A stretch of DNA of 63,990 bases, counting the filler, from Octopus bimaculoides (Eukaryota), in the NCBI RefSeq assembly GCF_001194135.2. It is 5 parts of 5 records of this genome, joined end to end, with 100 filler letters (N's around TTAATTAATTAA, not from the genome) between each part and the next. Parts side by side here need not be neighbours in the genome. Positions count along the whole stretch, not along the records: positions 10,699 to 36,305 come from NC_069008.1; 4 more parts are not named here. One strand, 5' to 3'. Position numbers and translations under genes: made by a program. Shown here one piece after another: positions 12,100 to 23,551 of this stretch. The first letter of the stretch is position 1; each line of letters opens with the position of its first letter. Below the pieces are notes generated by a model. The model did not search any database and was not told the origin of the DNA. It was given only the letters and a program-made list of their open reading frames with translations.

Positions 12100-13310
12100 A
12101 ACATGGGTTAACAATAAGATCTTGTTCATCTCGGAATGACTGGTAATGTCTGTCTGAAGTCTCCTGATAAAACTAATATAACTCCACCCATAGATTTATT
12201 GTTGCCTCTGATGTCCTGTAAGGTCTTACCAAGAGCTTCCATTGCACCTCCATGTGACATGGTGCATTCATCCCAAATGATCAGGTGGCATTGGTGCAAC
12301 AATTCTGATGAACCTGAACCATTGCTTATGTTATAAGTTGGACTGTCATTTTAGCAGTAATTTAAAAGCAGAATGAGCTGTTCGTCCTCCAGGGAGAATG
12401 GTGGCAGCAGAGCCAGACAACGCTACAGCAACTGCAATTCTTTTTTTGTTGCCTTATTTTGGATAGAAGCAGTGTTGTTACAAATGCTTTATTTGTGCCA
12501 CCAGGAGCATGAAGAAAGAAAATTTTGGTTGAGACAAATAATGCAATAGCATAATAGGAGTCCCTTTTTTTCAGCTGAAGACAATGAGGAGCTGTACCTG
12601 GTGGTTCTAGTCATCATCATCATCATCATCGTTTAACGTCCGCTTTCCATGCTAGCATGGGTTGGACGGTTTGACTGAGGACTGGTGAAACCGGATGGCA
12701 ACACCAGGCTCCAATCTAATTTGGCAGAGTTTCTACAGCTGGATGCCCTTCCTAACGCCAACCACTCAGAGAGTGTAGTGGGTGCTTTTACGTGTCACGA
12801 CGGGCTTCTTTCAGTTTCTGTCAACAATATCTACTCCCAAGGCTTTTTATAGTAGAAGATACCTAGTGAATTCTAGTGAATTCAAAAATTTGATGGAGTA
12901 GTTAACACAATCCTGATCATCAACAACATTGTCAATTGAGTTATAAGTGAATATTTCTCCCAGAAGTTTATTCAATAACATATTATTAATGCTATGTACT
13001 GCAACATTTTTTGGAGCCAGGATAGGTCACTCACAGATCCAATTTGTATTCAACCCATGCTAGCATGGAAAGCAGACATTAAACGATGATGATGGTGATG
13101 ATTACAAAAGATTTCATCTTCATCAATTGGATTCTCCCTTCACCAAGATTCAAAAGCTGCTCTGCAAATAGTTCAGCTGATTGATGTCTTGCAAGCCTCG
13201 ATCTCATATTTGTTGAAAGTTGATGTGTTTTCACATGATGCCATAATACAGAAGACTTCATTGAAGCAATGAACTCATCCACTTTTGTTCCTCTTGGAAC
13301 AACTGGTAGC
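12100..13310 (-). mobile_element. Helitron PIF1-like helicase fragments (decayed, permuted order, interrupted)
   Basis: Minus-strand peptides FFLHAPGGTNK, LSGSAATILPGGRTAHSAFKL, SGDFRQTLPVIPR, LPVVPRGTKVDEFIASMKSSVLW..TNMR..LLNLGEG, APKNVAVHSIN and FLNSLE-PQGTAPHCLQLKKGTPIMLL. Confidence 0.85.
12612..12797 (-). mobile_element. RTE-type 3'-tail repeat, 5'-truncated, inserted into the Helitron
   Basis: (GAT)n tail and GGTTGGCGTTAGGAAGGGCATCCAGC motif; TSD TTCTAGT at 12605-12611 and 12871-12877. Confidence 0.8.
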
Positions 13311-13579
13311 GAGAGAGAGAGAGAGGATACTGTATTAAACAACTGAAACAGGAATATACATATATGTGTGTGTGTGTTCTTTTATTCTTGCTTCAGTGTT
13401 TTGACAGAGAAATGTAACATTTGATGTGTGTGTGTGTGTGTGTTCTTTTAGTGAGGGAAAGAGAGAGAGAAAGAAAGGAAGAGAGGAAAAATAGACGGAT
13501 AGAGAAGAAAGAAAATCATAAAGATGGTGTCTGGTTTTAGTTTCACTTTGTGGGACAAACAAACAGAATCTCTCTTTTA

Positions 13580-13633
<54 letters not shown>

Positions 13634-13769
13634 CATGCATGCATACACACAATTTGAAGCTGTAGCTACAGTTTACAAATATGTAGGTTTCACACAATGT
13701 TATATGATGTAATTTATTCATCAATACAGAAATGTTGTAACATTTCCGTTTTGATCTCTCCTCTATATC

Positions 13770-13794
13770 TAATATTGTTTCTTCATTATTTCAG
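13770..13794 (+). other. Predicted 3' splice acceptor for gene A exon 2
   Basis: Pyrimidine tract ending TTATTTCAG|; the position is homologous to the acceptors of B and C. Confidence 0.65.
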
Positions 13795-14104
13795 ATTAAT
13801 GGATGACATTGGCACAAAACAACTTTTGTACATAGGAAACATCTGGAATATTCATCATGTTTGAAAGGCTAAAGGAAAATGTTTGAGGAAACAGATGTAA
13901 CCCTACTGCTATAAATCTATGGTTGAATTGCTATGAAATCTTCGCTCTGAGCGAAGATTCATAGCAACATTTCTCCATCTCATCATCTGGTGCTTTTGCA
14001 TTCTAATTAAACTTATATTTTTGAAGGTGTTTCTCAACATCTTTAGGTATCAGGGAAGATCACAGTTAATAGCAGTGGATTGGGTTTTTGTGTTCTTTGA
14101 AGAG

Positions 14105-14884
14105 ATGTCAAAAAAATTATGCAAGACATCATATCACTGTGAAATTTGTGGTAAATTATTCTCAAGAGATATTGACTTAACTAGACACATACGTATTCAT
14201 ACAGGTGAGAGACCATTTCACTGTGAGGTCTGTGGTAAATCTTTCTCTAGAAGCAGTGTATTGACTATACACAAACGTATTCATACGGGAGAAAAACCAT
14301 ATCACTGCGATATCTGTGATAAATCATTCTCTGAAAATGCTAACTTAAGTAGACACAAGCGCATTCATTCAGGAGAGAAACCATATCAGTGTGATATCTG
14401 TGGTAAATCATTTTGTCGAAGTAGTGACTTAACTTCACACAAACCCATTCATACAGGAGAGAAATCATTTCACTGTGATATCTGTGGTAAATCATTCTCT
14501 CAAAACAGTGTTTTAATTAACCACAAACGTATTCATACAGGGAAGAAGCCATATCACTGTGTTATCTGTAGTAAATTATTCTCTGGAAATAGTGACTTAA
14601 CTAAACACATACGTATGCATACAGGAGAGAAACCATTTCACTGTGATATCTGTGGTAAATCATTCTCGGAAAATAGTGTTTTAACTAAACACAAGCGTAC
14701 TCACACAGGGGAGAAGCCTTATTGCTGTGATGTATGTAGTAAATCATTCTCTCAAAGTCCTAACTTAACTAAACACAAACGTATTCATACAGGAGAGAAA
14801 CCATTTCACTGTGCTATCTGTGGTAAATCATTTGCTCAAAAATGTAACTTAACTACACATATATCTATCCATACAAAAGTTTGA
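14105..14884 (+). CDS. C2H2 zinc-finger protein A, 259 aa, 9 tandem fingers, no effector domain
   Basis: Intact ORF with CxxC-x12-Hx3H repeats and TGEKP linkers. The ATG at 14105 (AGAGATG) matches the starts of B and C; the ORF-track start at 14021 is a TTG. Confidence 0.95.
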   Translation: MSKKLCKTSYHCEICGKLFSRDIDLTRHIRIHTGERPFHCEVCGKSFSRSSVLTIHKRIHTGEKPYHCDICDKSFSENANLSRHKRIHSGEKPYQCDICGKSFCRSSDLTSHKPIHTGEKSFHCDICGKSFSQNSVLINHKRIHTGKKPYHCVICSKLFSGNSDLTKHIRMHTGEKPFHCDICGKSFSENSVLTKHKRTHTGEKPYCCDVCSKSFSQSPNLTKHKRIHTGEKPFHCAICGKSFAQKCNLTTHISIHTKV

Positions 14885-14931
14885 CTGTGTCATTGCTAAA
14901 ATTCAGTATGCATTCGATGCCAGCTCCTCTT

Positions 14932-15130
14932 GCCCCTGTGCTGGTGGCACATAAAAAGCACCCACTACACTCTCAGAGTGGTTGGCATTAGGAAGGGCAT
15001 CCAGCTGTAGAAACATTGCCTGATCAGATTGGAGCCTGGTGCAGCCTCCTGGCTTCCCAGACCCCAGTCGAACCGTCCAACTCATGCCAGCATGGAAAAC
15101 GGACGTTAAATGATGATGATGATGATGATG
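14932..15130 (+). mobile_element. RTE-type 3'-tail repeat just downstream of the gene A stop
   Basis: GGTGGCACATAAAAAGCACCC..GGAAGGGCATCCAGC..(GAT)n. Confidence 0.8.
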
Positions 15131-15300
15131 ACAGCATCAAAATTTTATAACTGCATTTCCCTTCTAAACTATGTAATTGCTTTTGTTGATTTAACTATAA
15201 TCACATGGCAATAACCATACTCGCGATGGTTTCCCTTTTTGAGATATTGTTTAACAGCCAAATCTCTGTCCCGATGACAATTATTTTTGTACATGTATCC

Positions 15301-15510
15301 AAGGGGTTGCTGAAAAGTTTCTGGCTTTAGGTAAAAGAAAATACAGGAGGATCAGTTGATTATGACTCAATCCAACACATTCCCCTCTGATTCACACTTA
15401 TTGCAGCACTCCTTCAGTTTTTGTAAGCTCTGTAAAAGAACTTGGAAGGTTGAACCTCCAACCAAGCTTTTCATGATGTCCTTAAAGGCAGGAGCTTTTG
15501 AACAGCCCCT
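15301..15510. mobile_element. Mariner-derived MITE-like element (copy 2)
   Basis: Inverted ends AGGGGTTGCTGAAAAGTTTCT / AGGAGCTTTTGAACAGCCCCT; homologous to 3872-4079. Confidence 0.65.
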
Positions 15511-15579
15511 GAGGTACCAGGTTGAGTCAAAAGTTTTTTATGTATTTCAAGATTTAATTAATATTCAAACAAATTACAT

Positions 15580-15948
15580 TGTTGTTGGCACTCCGTCACT
15601 TACGACGTCGAGGGTTCCAGTTGATTCGATCAACGGAACAGCCTGCTCGTGAAATCAACGTGCAAGTGGCTGAGCACTCCACAGACACGTGTACCCTTAA
15701 CGTAGTTCTCGGGGATATCCAGCATAACACAGTGTGACAAGGCTGACCCTTTGAATTACAGGCACAACAGAAACAGGAAGTAAGAGTGAGAGAAAGTTGT
15801 GGTGGAAGAGTACAGCAGGGTTCGCCACCATCCCCTGCCGGAGCCTCGTGGAGCTTTAGGTGTTTTCGCTCAATAAACACTCACAACGCCCGGTCTGGGA
15901 ATCATGACCGCGAGTCCGCTGCCCTAACCACTGGGCCATTGTGCCACC
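15580..15948 (-). mobile_element. SINE family 3 (tRNA-Arg-like head, (CAA)n tail)
   Basis: TGGCCCAGTGGTTAGGGCAGCGGACTCGCGG head; homologous to the copies at 23552, 34877 and 59545. Confidence 0.85.
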
Positions 15949-16029
15949 ACTCAAATCACATACAAGAACCTATTATTCATCAACACACATCCTATCATAT
16001 TCTCTTGTCTGTTATGCCACAAACACGAT

Positions 16030-17010
16030 TCCACACTTATACCATTTTTCAAAAAAAATCCTTGCCTCTATTTTCAGCCTCATCCACATTGCTGAACCTC
16101 CATTCATGCAGGAAATGAGCTCTGGTTTGGAAAAGGTGACAATCTGATGGTGGAAAGTCTGACCTGTAGGGAGAGTGATGGAGCACTTCCAGCCCTTCCA
16201 AGTTTGTACTAAGTCACTTTGACAGTGTGTGCTGGGGCATTTTCATGCTATAGGGGGACATGTCTTTGATTGACCAATGCTGGGTAGCAAGCTTTCAAAG
16301 CATCATATACTTGCTGCAGTTGTTCAGCATAAAGCTTAGCACTCACAACACAGCCGTCTGGGACAAGCTCAAAGTACAATATACCCCCCCCCCCCTTGAT
16401 ATTCCACCAAACACACAGCCTGACCTTCTGCTCAAGCAACCCTTGTTTGACAACAGGTTATGAAGACAGTGGTTTCTCTCATTAGGATTACGAATTTAAA
16501 TCCATTTTTCATCCCCTGTTTACAATTTAATGTCAACAAGCATCTGAAGGATTTGCCAGCAGTTATTTGAGTCTGGTCATTGGTCAGTTCTTGAGGAACT
16601 TCTCAGCAGTGTATGTTCGCAATACCTAGCTTATGGAGGTGTCAGTTGATGGTGCTTTATGAAAGACCATGTCCTGCCCACGATGTACAAGTGCTTGTGC
16701 TTAGCTATTGTTCGACCATTTCAAGTAAGGTCCCATCTTCCACAACAGGTCTCCTTGATCTTCATTTATCTTTCAGACTGGTGTCACCTTCCTTGAAAAG
16801 TCTGAAGCATGTGGGCTTTCCATAGAATTAATTCCTTTTGCCGCTTCTCTTGCACTCAGTCCTTTCTTGTGCAAGTGGTGTAAAATGGCTCTAATTGCAA
16901 TTTCTTCACCACTCATTATCAAAGCTGTAAAATAAAGAATAAACAATGTCTGTATGTTTTTTAAAACAAAAAAGTTGATTCTACTTAAATCCAATTTTTT
17001 GCCTTATTTT
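16030..17010 (-). mobile_element. Decayed mariner transposon
   Basis: IRAILHHLHKKGLSAREAAKGIN (HTH), VWW..GILYFEL, HENAPAH (cf. HDNARPH) and EVLHHSPYRSDFPPSDCHL (cf. YSPDLAPSD). Confidence 0.85.
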
Positions 17011-17019
17011 TACATATTT

Positions 17020-17389
17020 TACCTCTTTTACTCTTTACTCTTTTACTTGTTTCAGTCTTTTGACTGTGGCCATGCTGGAGCACCACCTTTAGTCGAGCAA
17101 ATCGACCCCAGGACTTATTCTTTAGAAGCCTAGTACTTATTCTATCAATCTCTTTTGCCGAACCGCTAAGTTACAGGTACATAAACACACCAGCATCGGT
17201 TGTCAAGCAATGTTGGGGGGACAAACACACACATACAAACATATATACATATATATATATATATACATATATACGATGGGCTTCTTTCAGTTTCGTCTAC
17301 CAAATCCACTCACAAGGCTTTGGTCGGCCCGAGGCTATAGTAGAAGACACTTGCCCAAGATGCTACGCAGTGGGACTGAACCCGGGACC
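17020..17389 (-). mobile_element. SINE family 2 (head lost in gap)
   Basis: (TACTCTTT)n tail and body homologous to the other copies. Confidence 0.85.
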
Positions 17390-17906
17390 NNNNNNNNNNN
17401 NNNNNNNNNNNNNNNNNNNNNNNNNNNNNNNNNNNNNNNNNNNNNNNNNNNNNNNNNNNNNNNNNNNNNNNNNNNNNNNNNNNNNNNNNNNNNNNNNNNN
17501 NNNNNNNNNNNNNNNNNNNNNNNNNNNNNNNNNNNNNNNNNNNNNNNNNNNNNNNNNNNNNNNNNNNNNNNNNNNNNNNNNNNNNNNNNNNNNNNNNNNN
17601 NNNNNNNNNNNNNNNNNNNNNNNNNNNNNNNNNTGGCATTACTTACTCTCCAATAACATCGCTACAAATTTTTTTATGTAAACTTTTTTCTATTGAATCA
17701 AATCTCAATTTCTTTTATGCCAAAATGTAGCTAAGGACCAGTCCTCTTCAAAAATATCAGGACACATATTCATTTAGTTCCCTGAAGTTTTGCACCAGTT
17801 GAATGTTATTTCTTGCCAGCTCAACTACAGCCATCAACAGCAGCACATCACCCATCATCTCCTTGAACATGGTCGATGCCAGCCCTCTTGCTCTAACTGG
17901 CTCCTG

Positions 17907-18055
17907 TGGTTGGCGTTTGGAAGGGCATCCAGCTGTAGAAACATTGCCAGATCAGATTGGAGCCTGGTGCGGGTTCCTGGCTTGCCAGACCCCAATCAAA
18001 CTGTCCAACCCATGCCAGCATGGATAACGGACGTTAAACGATGATGATGATGATG
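17907..18055 (+). mobile_element. RTE-type 3'-tail repeat
   Basis: Conserved tail motif and (GAT)n. Confidence 0.8.
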
Positions 18056-18060
18056 TATAT

Positions 18061-18212
18061 GTTAGTTTGTGTGTCTGTGTTTGTCCCTCCACCATCGCTT
18101 GACAACCGATGCTGGTGTGTTTACGTCCCTGTAACTTAACAATAGGATAAGTACTAGGCTTACAAAGAATAAGTCCTGGGGTCGATTTGTTCAAGTAAAA
18201 GAATAAAAGAAT
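18061..18212 (+). mobile_element. SINE family 2, 3' half with internal deletions
   Basis: TTTGTCCCTCCACCATCGCTTGACAACCGATGCTGG..CCTGGGGTCGATTTG..AAGTAAAAGAATAAAAG. Confidence 0.75.
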
Positions 18213-19989
18213 ATCCTCACAGCTGATAACAACGTGCCGAAATAGCTTGTAGTTTGAAGGCACGTAAACTAAAGTCATTCGCATCTCTACCTCCAGTCAG
18301 ATATCGCCAGCAGATTATTCAATTCTCAACACGTGTTGTCATGACCTCTCTATTTCCACATCTGACCTCTGTCCCCGCTAGTATGGGAAAGACCGAAACT
18401 TTTCTTTTCACTTGGCGACGTGACGTAATCTCTGTCCACTCCCAGTCTTCCTTCCACCACATCTTTCTCCCTCTTTTTCTCTAATAACGTCGAAGCGTTA
18501 CCGACGGGCTAAGTCAGGGGGTGACAAGCAGACTTATTATAAAATCACCCGTTCTCTATATCTTCCTTTCTTCTTTCTTCACACCTTCTCTCTCTCACAC
18601 CCACTCTTACCCTACCTCCACCCCTCTAAGTAATGCATAGTGGGAGAAACAACAAACAGATTATTAATATAGATATTATTTTATTGCTTACACAAAACGA
18701 GTTCCGCGGTTTTAAATACGAAACTCCCTCTAAAGCTAACTCCGTTTATCCTCTTCCCTATTTCATGACATTACATTGTCGAGTGATTTGCTTTATAACA
18801 ACATCTTACATTAGTTATATGATGTTACATATTACATTAAATTGTACTAACTTTTTGCGTTTTATAAAATTATGAGTACGAAACTAGTAATACTAACTCT
18901 GTATGTCACCCCCCCCACTCCGTTTGGCTTTGTTGGCATTATTTGACAACAACTTGTTAATATTAATTATAAAATGTTATATATTTTATTAAATTGTATT
19001 TACTTCATTACAATTTAATCATACCATCGACAAATTATATTAATATATATATATAGAAATAGTTGGTTGAGATAACATCTAACTCTGTTGTCCCATCGAA
19101 ACCTCTTTAATTAAACACCAAATGTAATCCTATCATCTGGTAAGTATGTTTAATACATCAAACACAAATATTATAACGATATTTCCCGCTTGATTGTTTT
19201 CTTAAANNNNNNNNNNNNNNNNNNNNNNNNNNNNNNNNNNNNNNNNNNNNNNNNNNNNNNNNNNNNNNNNNNNNNNNNNNNNNNNNNNNNNNNNNNNNNN
19301 NNNNNNNNNNNNNNNNNNNNNNNNNNNNNNNNNNNNNNNNNNNNNNNNNNNNNNNNNNNNNNNNNNNNNNNNNNNNNNNNNNNNNNNNNNNNNNNNNNNN
19401 NNNNNNNNNNNNNNNNNNNNNNNNNNNNNNNNNNNNNNNNNNNNNNNNNNNNNNNNNNNNNNNNNNNNNNNNNNNNNNNGTCTTTAAAAGAGGAAATTTG
19501 TATCACACAACGGAGGGGGGGGGTCCAAAAGTTTCGAAAAAAGGTGGGAATCGCAATTCGTGACAAATGAACTCATTCTTTTATGCAGTCTAACTTCGTT
19601 GTAGCAGACCGTGTGCCTATGAAACAGTAATGATGCGAAACTGCTGAAAATAAATCTTGGTCTTTATTTATTATTATTATTATTTTTTCTTTTTGCGTCG
19701 GCTCGGCTAGAAAGGGCGTTGCCCGAGCAAGTAGGGCAACACATCTGTACCCGCCACTGCAGAACCACAGTTGCGTTTTCGCAACAAAACCTACTCCTAT
19801 TTGTTTAGATATGAACACGCCGGGAAGCATCGAAATGTTCAGTAGGCAGTCGACACCCGTAGCTAACAGTTGCATTCTGTCCTCCCCTTCCAGATTGTGA
19901 AAACTTGCCATAACGTTCAATCTAAATACAGTGAAATTTTAAGGCTTCATTTTCTTTTTATAGGCATATATGGGTTAAAAGGGTTAACA

Positions 19990-20420
19990 CTGTCTTACAA
20001 TTAAACACTTTTGCTCCCATATTTCTATTGAATTACACGGCATTTGTTTCCATTAATTTTGAAAATAATCCAGAATTTAGTAAAATAACTTTGTCATTGT
20101 TAAGTTAGTGTTTGGAACATGAAATTATGGTGGAAGGTTGTAATTTACATCATTTTAACCCATCAGTTACTATATTTATGTTGAAATGCACTGCTCTTTG
20201 CTTCAATTAATTTAGAAAATGATAAAAAAACTTAGTAAAATAATTTTGTCATCATTAAGCTGATGTTTGGAACATAAATTAACATGAAAGTTTCAAAGGA
20301 GGGTTTTAATTTAGATCATTCTAATACTTTTATCACTACATTTCTGTTGAGAGTACACTGTTCTTTGCTTCAATTAATTTTGAAAGCAATGAAGAATTTA
20401 GTAAAATAAATTGGTCATTT
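19990..20420. repeat. Diverged tandem repeat, about 3 units of 154-167 bp
   Basis: The motif TTAATTT(T/A)GAAA..TTAGTAAAATAA recurs at 20053, 20207 and 20374. Confidence 0.7.
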
Positions 20421-20421
20421 A

Positions 20422-20645
20422 GAAGCGCGTGGCCTCATGATCGTAAGATTGTGGTTTCAATTCCTGAACCGGGCGACGCGTTGTGTTCTTGAACAAAACA
20501 CTTCATTTCATGTTGCTCCAGTCCACTCAGCTGGCAAAAATGAGTAATGCTGCGATGGACTGGCGTCCCATCCAGCTGGGGAACACATACGCCATTGAAA
20601 CCGGGAAACCGGGCCCATGAGCCTGGCTAGGCTTTAAAAGAACAC
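20422..20645 (+). mobile_element. SINE family 4 (CORE-like)
   Basis: B-box GGTTTCAATTCC followed by GTTCTTGAACAAAACACTTCATTTC..CTCCAGTCCACTCAGCTG; homologous to the copies at 52506 and 61297. Confidence 0.7.
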
Positions 20646-21258
20646 AAAATTTTGATGATAAGTATTGATTGTTGTCTAAGTTTGCTTGGTAAGCATTAAA
20701 GGGACTGTTTTTTGTTTCACTCTCTCTCCGTCACATCCAAATGTTTCCCTGCATATATACAAACTCTTTGTGTGTCTGTTGGGAGAGACAAGTTGATAGG
20801 TAGACGAGGATAAACAGTACGAGTGATAGATAGAGAGGGTGTAATTTCAACAGGAACCAAGACAAGTGTATAGATGTGTATTTATGTGCATTTGTGTATT
20901 TATGTCTGACACCATCATATCTTTTCTTGCTCCAGGAGTTGTGCCAAATTTTCCACTGCAAGCCGTTATAATAAGAACCTCAAGACATCTACAAAAACGT
21001 CATCATGGATGTTCTTTATTGTTTTAACCAACAAATCACCCGTTAACCACACCTGCATATTTTGATGTAGCAATATGGAACTATTACAATATGCCTCCCT
21101 CTTGGAGAGGACCCAGTTAGCAGAAGAGTGGGAAATATGCTTTGCATATTTTTCTACAGATGTAAACAGAGTTCTGTGACATCTGAGACAAGAAACTGAA
21201 CCATAATAGATTTACTCACAAACATTTGTCAGCTTTTAAGAATTGCTCAAAAATCAAT

Positions 21259-22455
21259 ATGGAGAATGTTAAGCCCTTGTACACTTGCAATACAACTGTT
21301 ATTAACAGTATAGATACAGTTGGAAAGACACATGGAAATGAGAAAGCCAGAGTGAGAGATGTTCCTGAATATCACTGTAAGATTTGTATGAAGACATTCT
21401 CTTCAGAACATGAAGTCTTCAAACATAAAGAAATACACTGTAAGAAGAAACCATTCCATTGTGAAATATGTGGGAAATCATTTAGTGCTAATATTCATCT
21501 TTTAGTTCACAAACGTAGTCACACTGGAGAAAAACCATTCCAGTGTGAAATGTGTGAGAAATCTTTTGTCTCTAAAAGCATCCTAACACAACACAGAAGA
21601 AGACACACTGGAGAAAAACCATTCCAGTGTGAAATGTGTGAGAAGTCTTTTGCTTATAAGCAGGATTTAATGACACACAAAAGACTACACACTGGAGAAA
21701 AACCATTCCACTGCGAAATATGTGAGAAATATTTTGTCAGTAACAGTTATCTGAAAAGTCACCAAAGAATCCACACCGGAGAAAGACGCCATCATTGTGA
21801 GATATGTGGGAAATCTTTTCTCTTTAGGAGTCACTTAAATACTCACAAAAGTGTCCACACAGGAGACAAACCCTTCCACTGTAAAATGTGTGGAAAGAAT
21901 TTTGTCTCAAACAGTAATTTAACAGCACACAAAAAAATCCACACTGGAGAAAAACCTTATCACTGTAAGACATGTAGGAAATCTTTTGTTTCTAATAGCG
22001 ACTTAACAAGACATAAGCGTACCCACACTGGAGGAAATCCATTCTGTTGTGAGATATGCGGAAAGTCTGTTGTTAATAATTCTCAGCTTGTAAGCCACAA
22101 ACGTACCCACACTGGAGAGAAACCATATCGTTGTGATGTGTGTGGAAAATCATTTGTTTCTAATGGTAATTTAACGAAGCATAAAACTATACATAGTGGA
22201 GAAAAACCGTTCCATTGTGAAATATGTGAAAAGTCGTTTTCCTCTAATTGTGATTTAGTGAAGCATAAAGTTATACACAGTGGAAAAAAGCCCCATCGTT
22301 GTGAGATGTGTGGAAAATCTTTTGTCTACAACAGTTCATTGATAACTCACAGAAAAATACACGCCGGAGAAAAACTTTATTGGTGTGACATTTGTGGGAA
22401 ATCGTTTATCACAAATAGTAACTTGAAGAGACACAAGCAAATTCACACAGGATAA
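21259..22455 (+). CDS. C2H2 zinc-finger protein D, 398 aa, 13 fingers, no recognisable effector domain
   Basis: Intact ORF; first ATG at 21259 (the ORF-track start at 21226 is a TTG). Candidate acceptor TTTTTCTACAG| ends at 21159. Confidence 0.93.
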   Translation: MENVKPLYTCNTTVINSIDTVGKTHGNEKARVRDVPEYHCKICMKTFSSEHEVFKHKEIHCKKKPFHCEICGKSFSANIHLLVHKRSHTGEKPFQCEMCEKSFVSKSILTQHRRRHTGEKPFQCEMCEKSFAYKQDLMTHKRLHTGEKPFHCEICEKYFVSNSYLKSHQRIHTGERRHHCEICGKSFLFRSHLNTHKSVHTGDKPFHCKMCGKNFVSNSNLTAHKKIHTGEKPYHCKTCRKSFVSNSDLTRHKRTHTGGNPFCCEICGKSVVNNSQLVSHKRTHTGEKPYRCDVCGKSFVSNGNLTKHKTIHSGEKPFHCEICEKSFSSNCDLVKHKVIHSGKKPHRCEMCGKSFVYNSSLITHRKIHAGEKLYWCDICGKSFITNSNLKRHKQIHTG

Positions 22456-22666
22456 AAGACGATGTTAACCATTTAATATTCAGGTTACTCTGTCAAATAT
22501 AATACTTCATAATTGCACTCGGACATAAAACCTGTTGACCACCCAAACAGACCCATGGATTGGTGGGTTGTCGTTCGAGTGGTACAAAGGCATCATCCCT
22601 GAGAAGTAGTTGGGAACCACCAATGAATGGTGGGTACAGTAACACGCTGTATGGTGCTTGCCTCCA

Positions 22667-22699
<33 letters not shown>

Positions 22700-23234
22700 A
22701 ACAAATACAAATGTGGAAAAAATATTTGGCATACAAAATTTATAAAGCGAAATGAGCAAAACAGTCTAAACTTAGAAACACCAAAGGAAACTTTGAACGT
22801 CAAATATGGACTTAAATGAAGTGTTAAATATTGTATTGATTGATTTTAACTCCCAGGCGAACTGTTAAAGATAACTGGATCCATGAATGGTTAGAAATCG
22901 TGAGAAACTGCTGCTGCTTCTAAATCTTCCAAAATATTATGGAGTAAAAATAAAATGTTAATTTCATTTCAATTTAATTACAACTGAAATTTTTACTATA
23001 AATTTACACGTATTCGTGGGATTTTATTCTTTTGCTCAGGTGGTTATTTTACGTATTTTTCACTTTTTAATTAGTGCTTTTTACAAATTTTAATTAGCAA
23101 ACCCTGTGTCTCACTCTATCGGAGAATTAAAGAAATACATGAGATATAAGGGGGAACAATTCATACAGTACAACGTACATCATTTAACGACTTCGATATA
23201 ATTGCTTGATCGGACACTGGTTCCATGTGACGAC

Positions 23235-23245
23235 GAACGGTAAGG
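23235..23245 (+). other. Predicted 5' splice donor, exon 1 of ZNF gene B
   Basis: GAACG|GTAAGG (intron starts at 23240), in the conserved block. Confidence 0.6.
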
Positions 23246-23551
23246 TGACAAAGATTTACTTGAATAATGATAATGAATCTTTAATAACGTTTGTAAATTA
23301 TAGAATTGTTTTTATGTGAACTCTTCAACGACACAATAATTCTATGCAAGTGAAAACACACAACATTGGAAGAAAGATATTTGCTCCTGCAAAAGTCGTC
23401 GTTTTTCTGACTTTTACCTAGAGTATAATACTTCAAAACTGAAATGTTTAAGAACACCCAATCTCCGCTTTTACGGTCCTAAAGTCAAAATGATCTNNNN
23501 NNNNNNNNNNNNNNNNATCTGTTAATACAGTGCGATAAATCTCTCTTACAT

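Noticed and set aside
12675-12692. CTGAGGA-CTGGT-GAAAC in RTE-tail copies (also at 28964)
   Set aside because: Only 5 unpaired nt for stem II, no NUH site or stem I, on the antisense strand, and not conserved in other copies.
14021-14104. N-terminal extensions from TTG starts (also 21226-21258)
   Set aside because: Non-ATG starts; the ATG at 14105 aligns with the starts of B and C.
15596-16118. Similar ORFs recurring at 15786, 23740, 34860 and 58923
   Set aside because: Chance frames within SINE family 3 copies.
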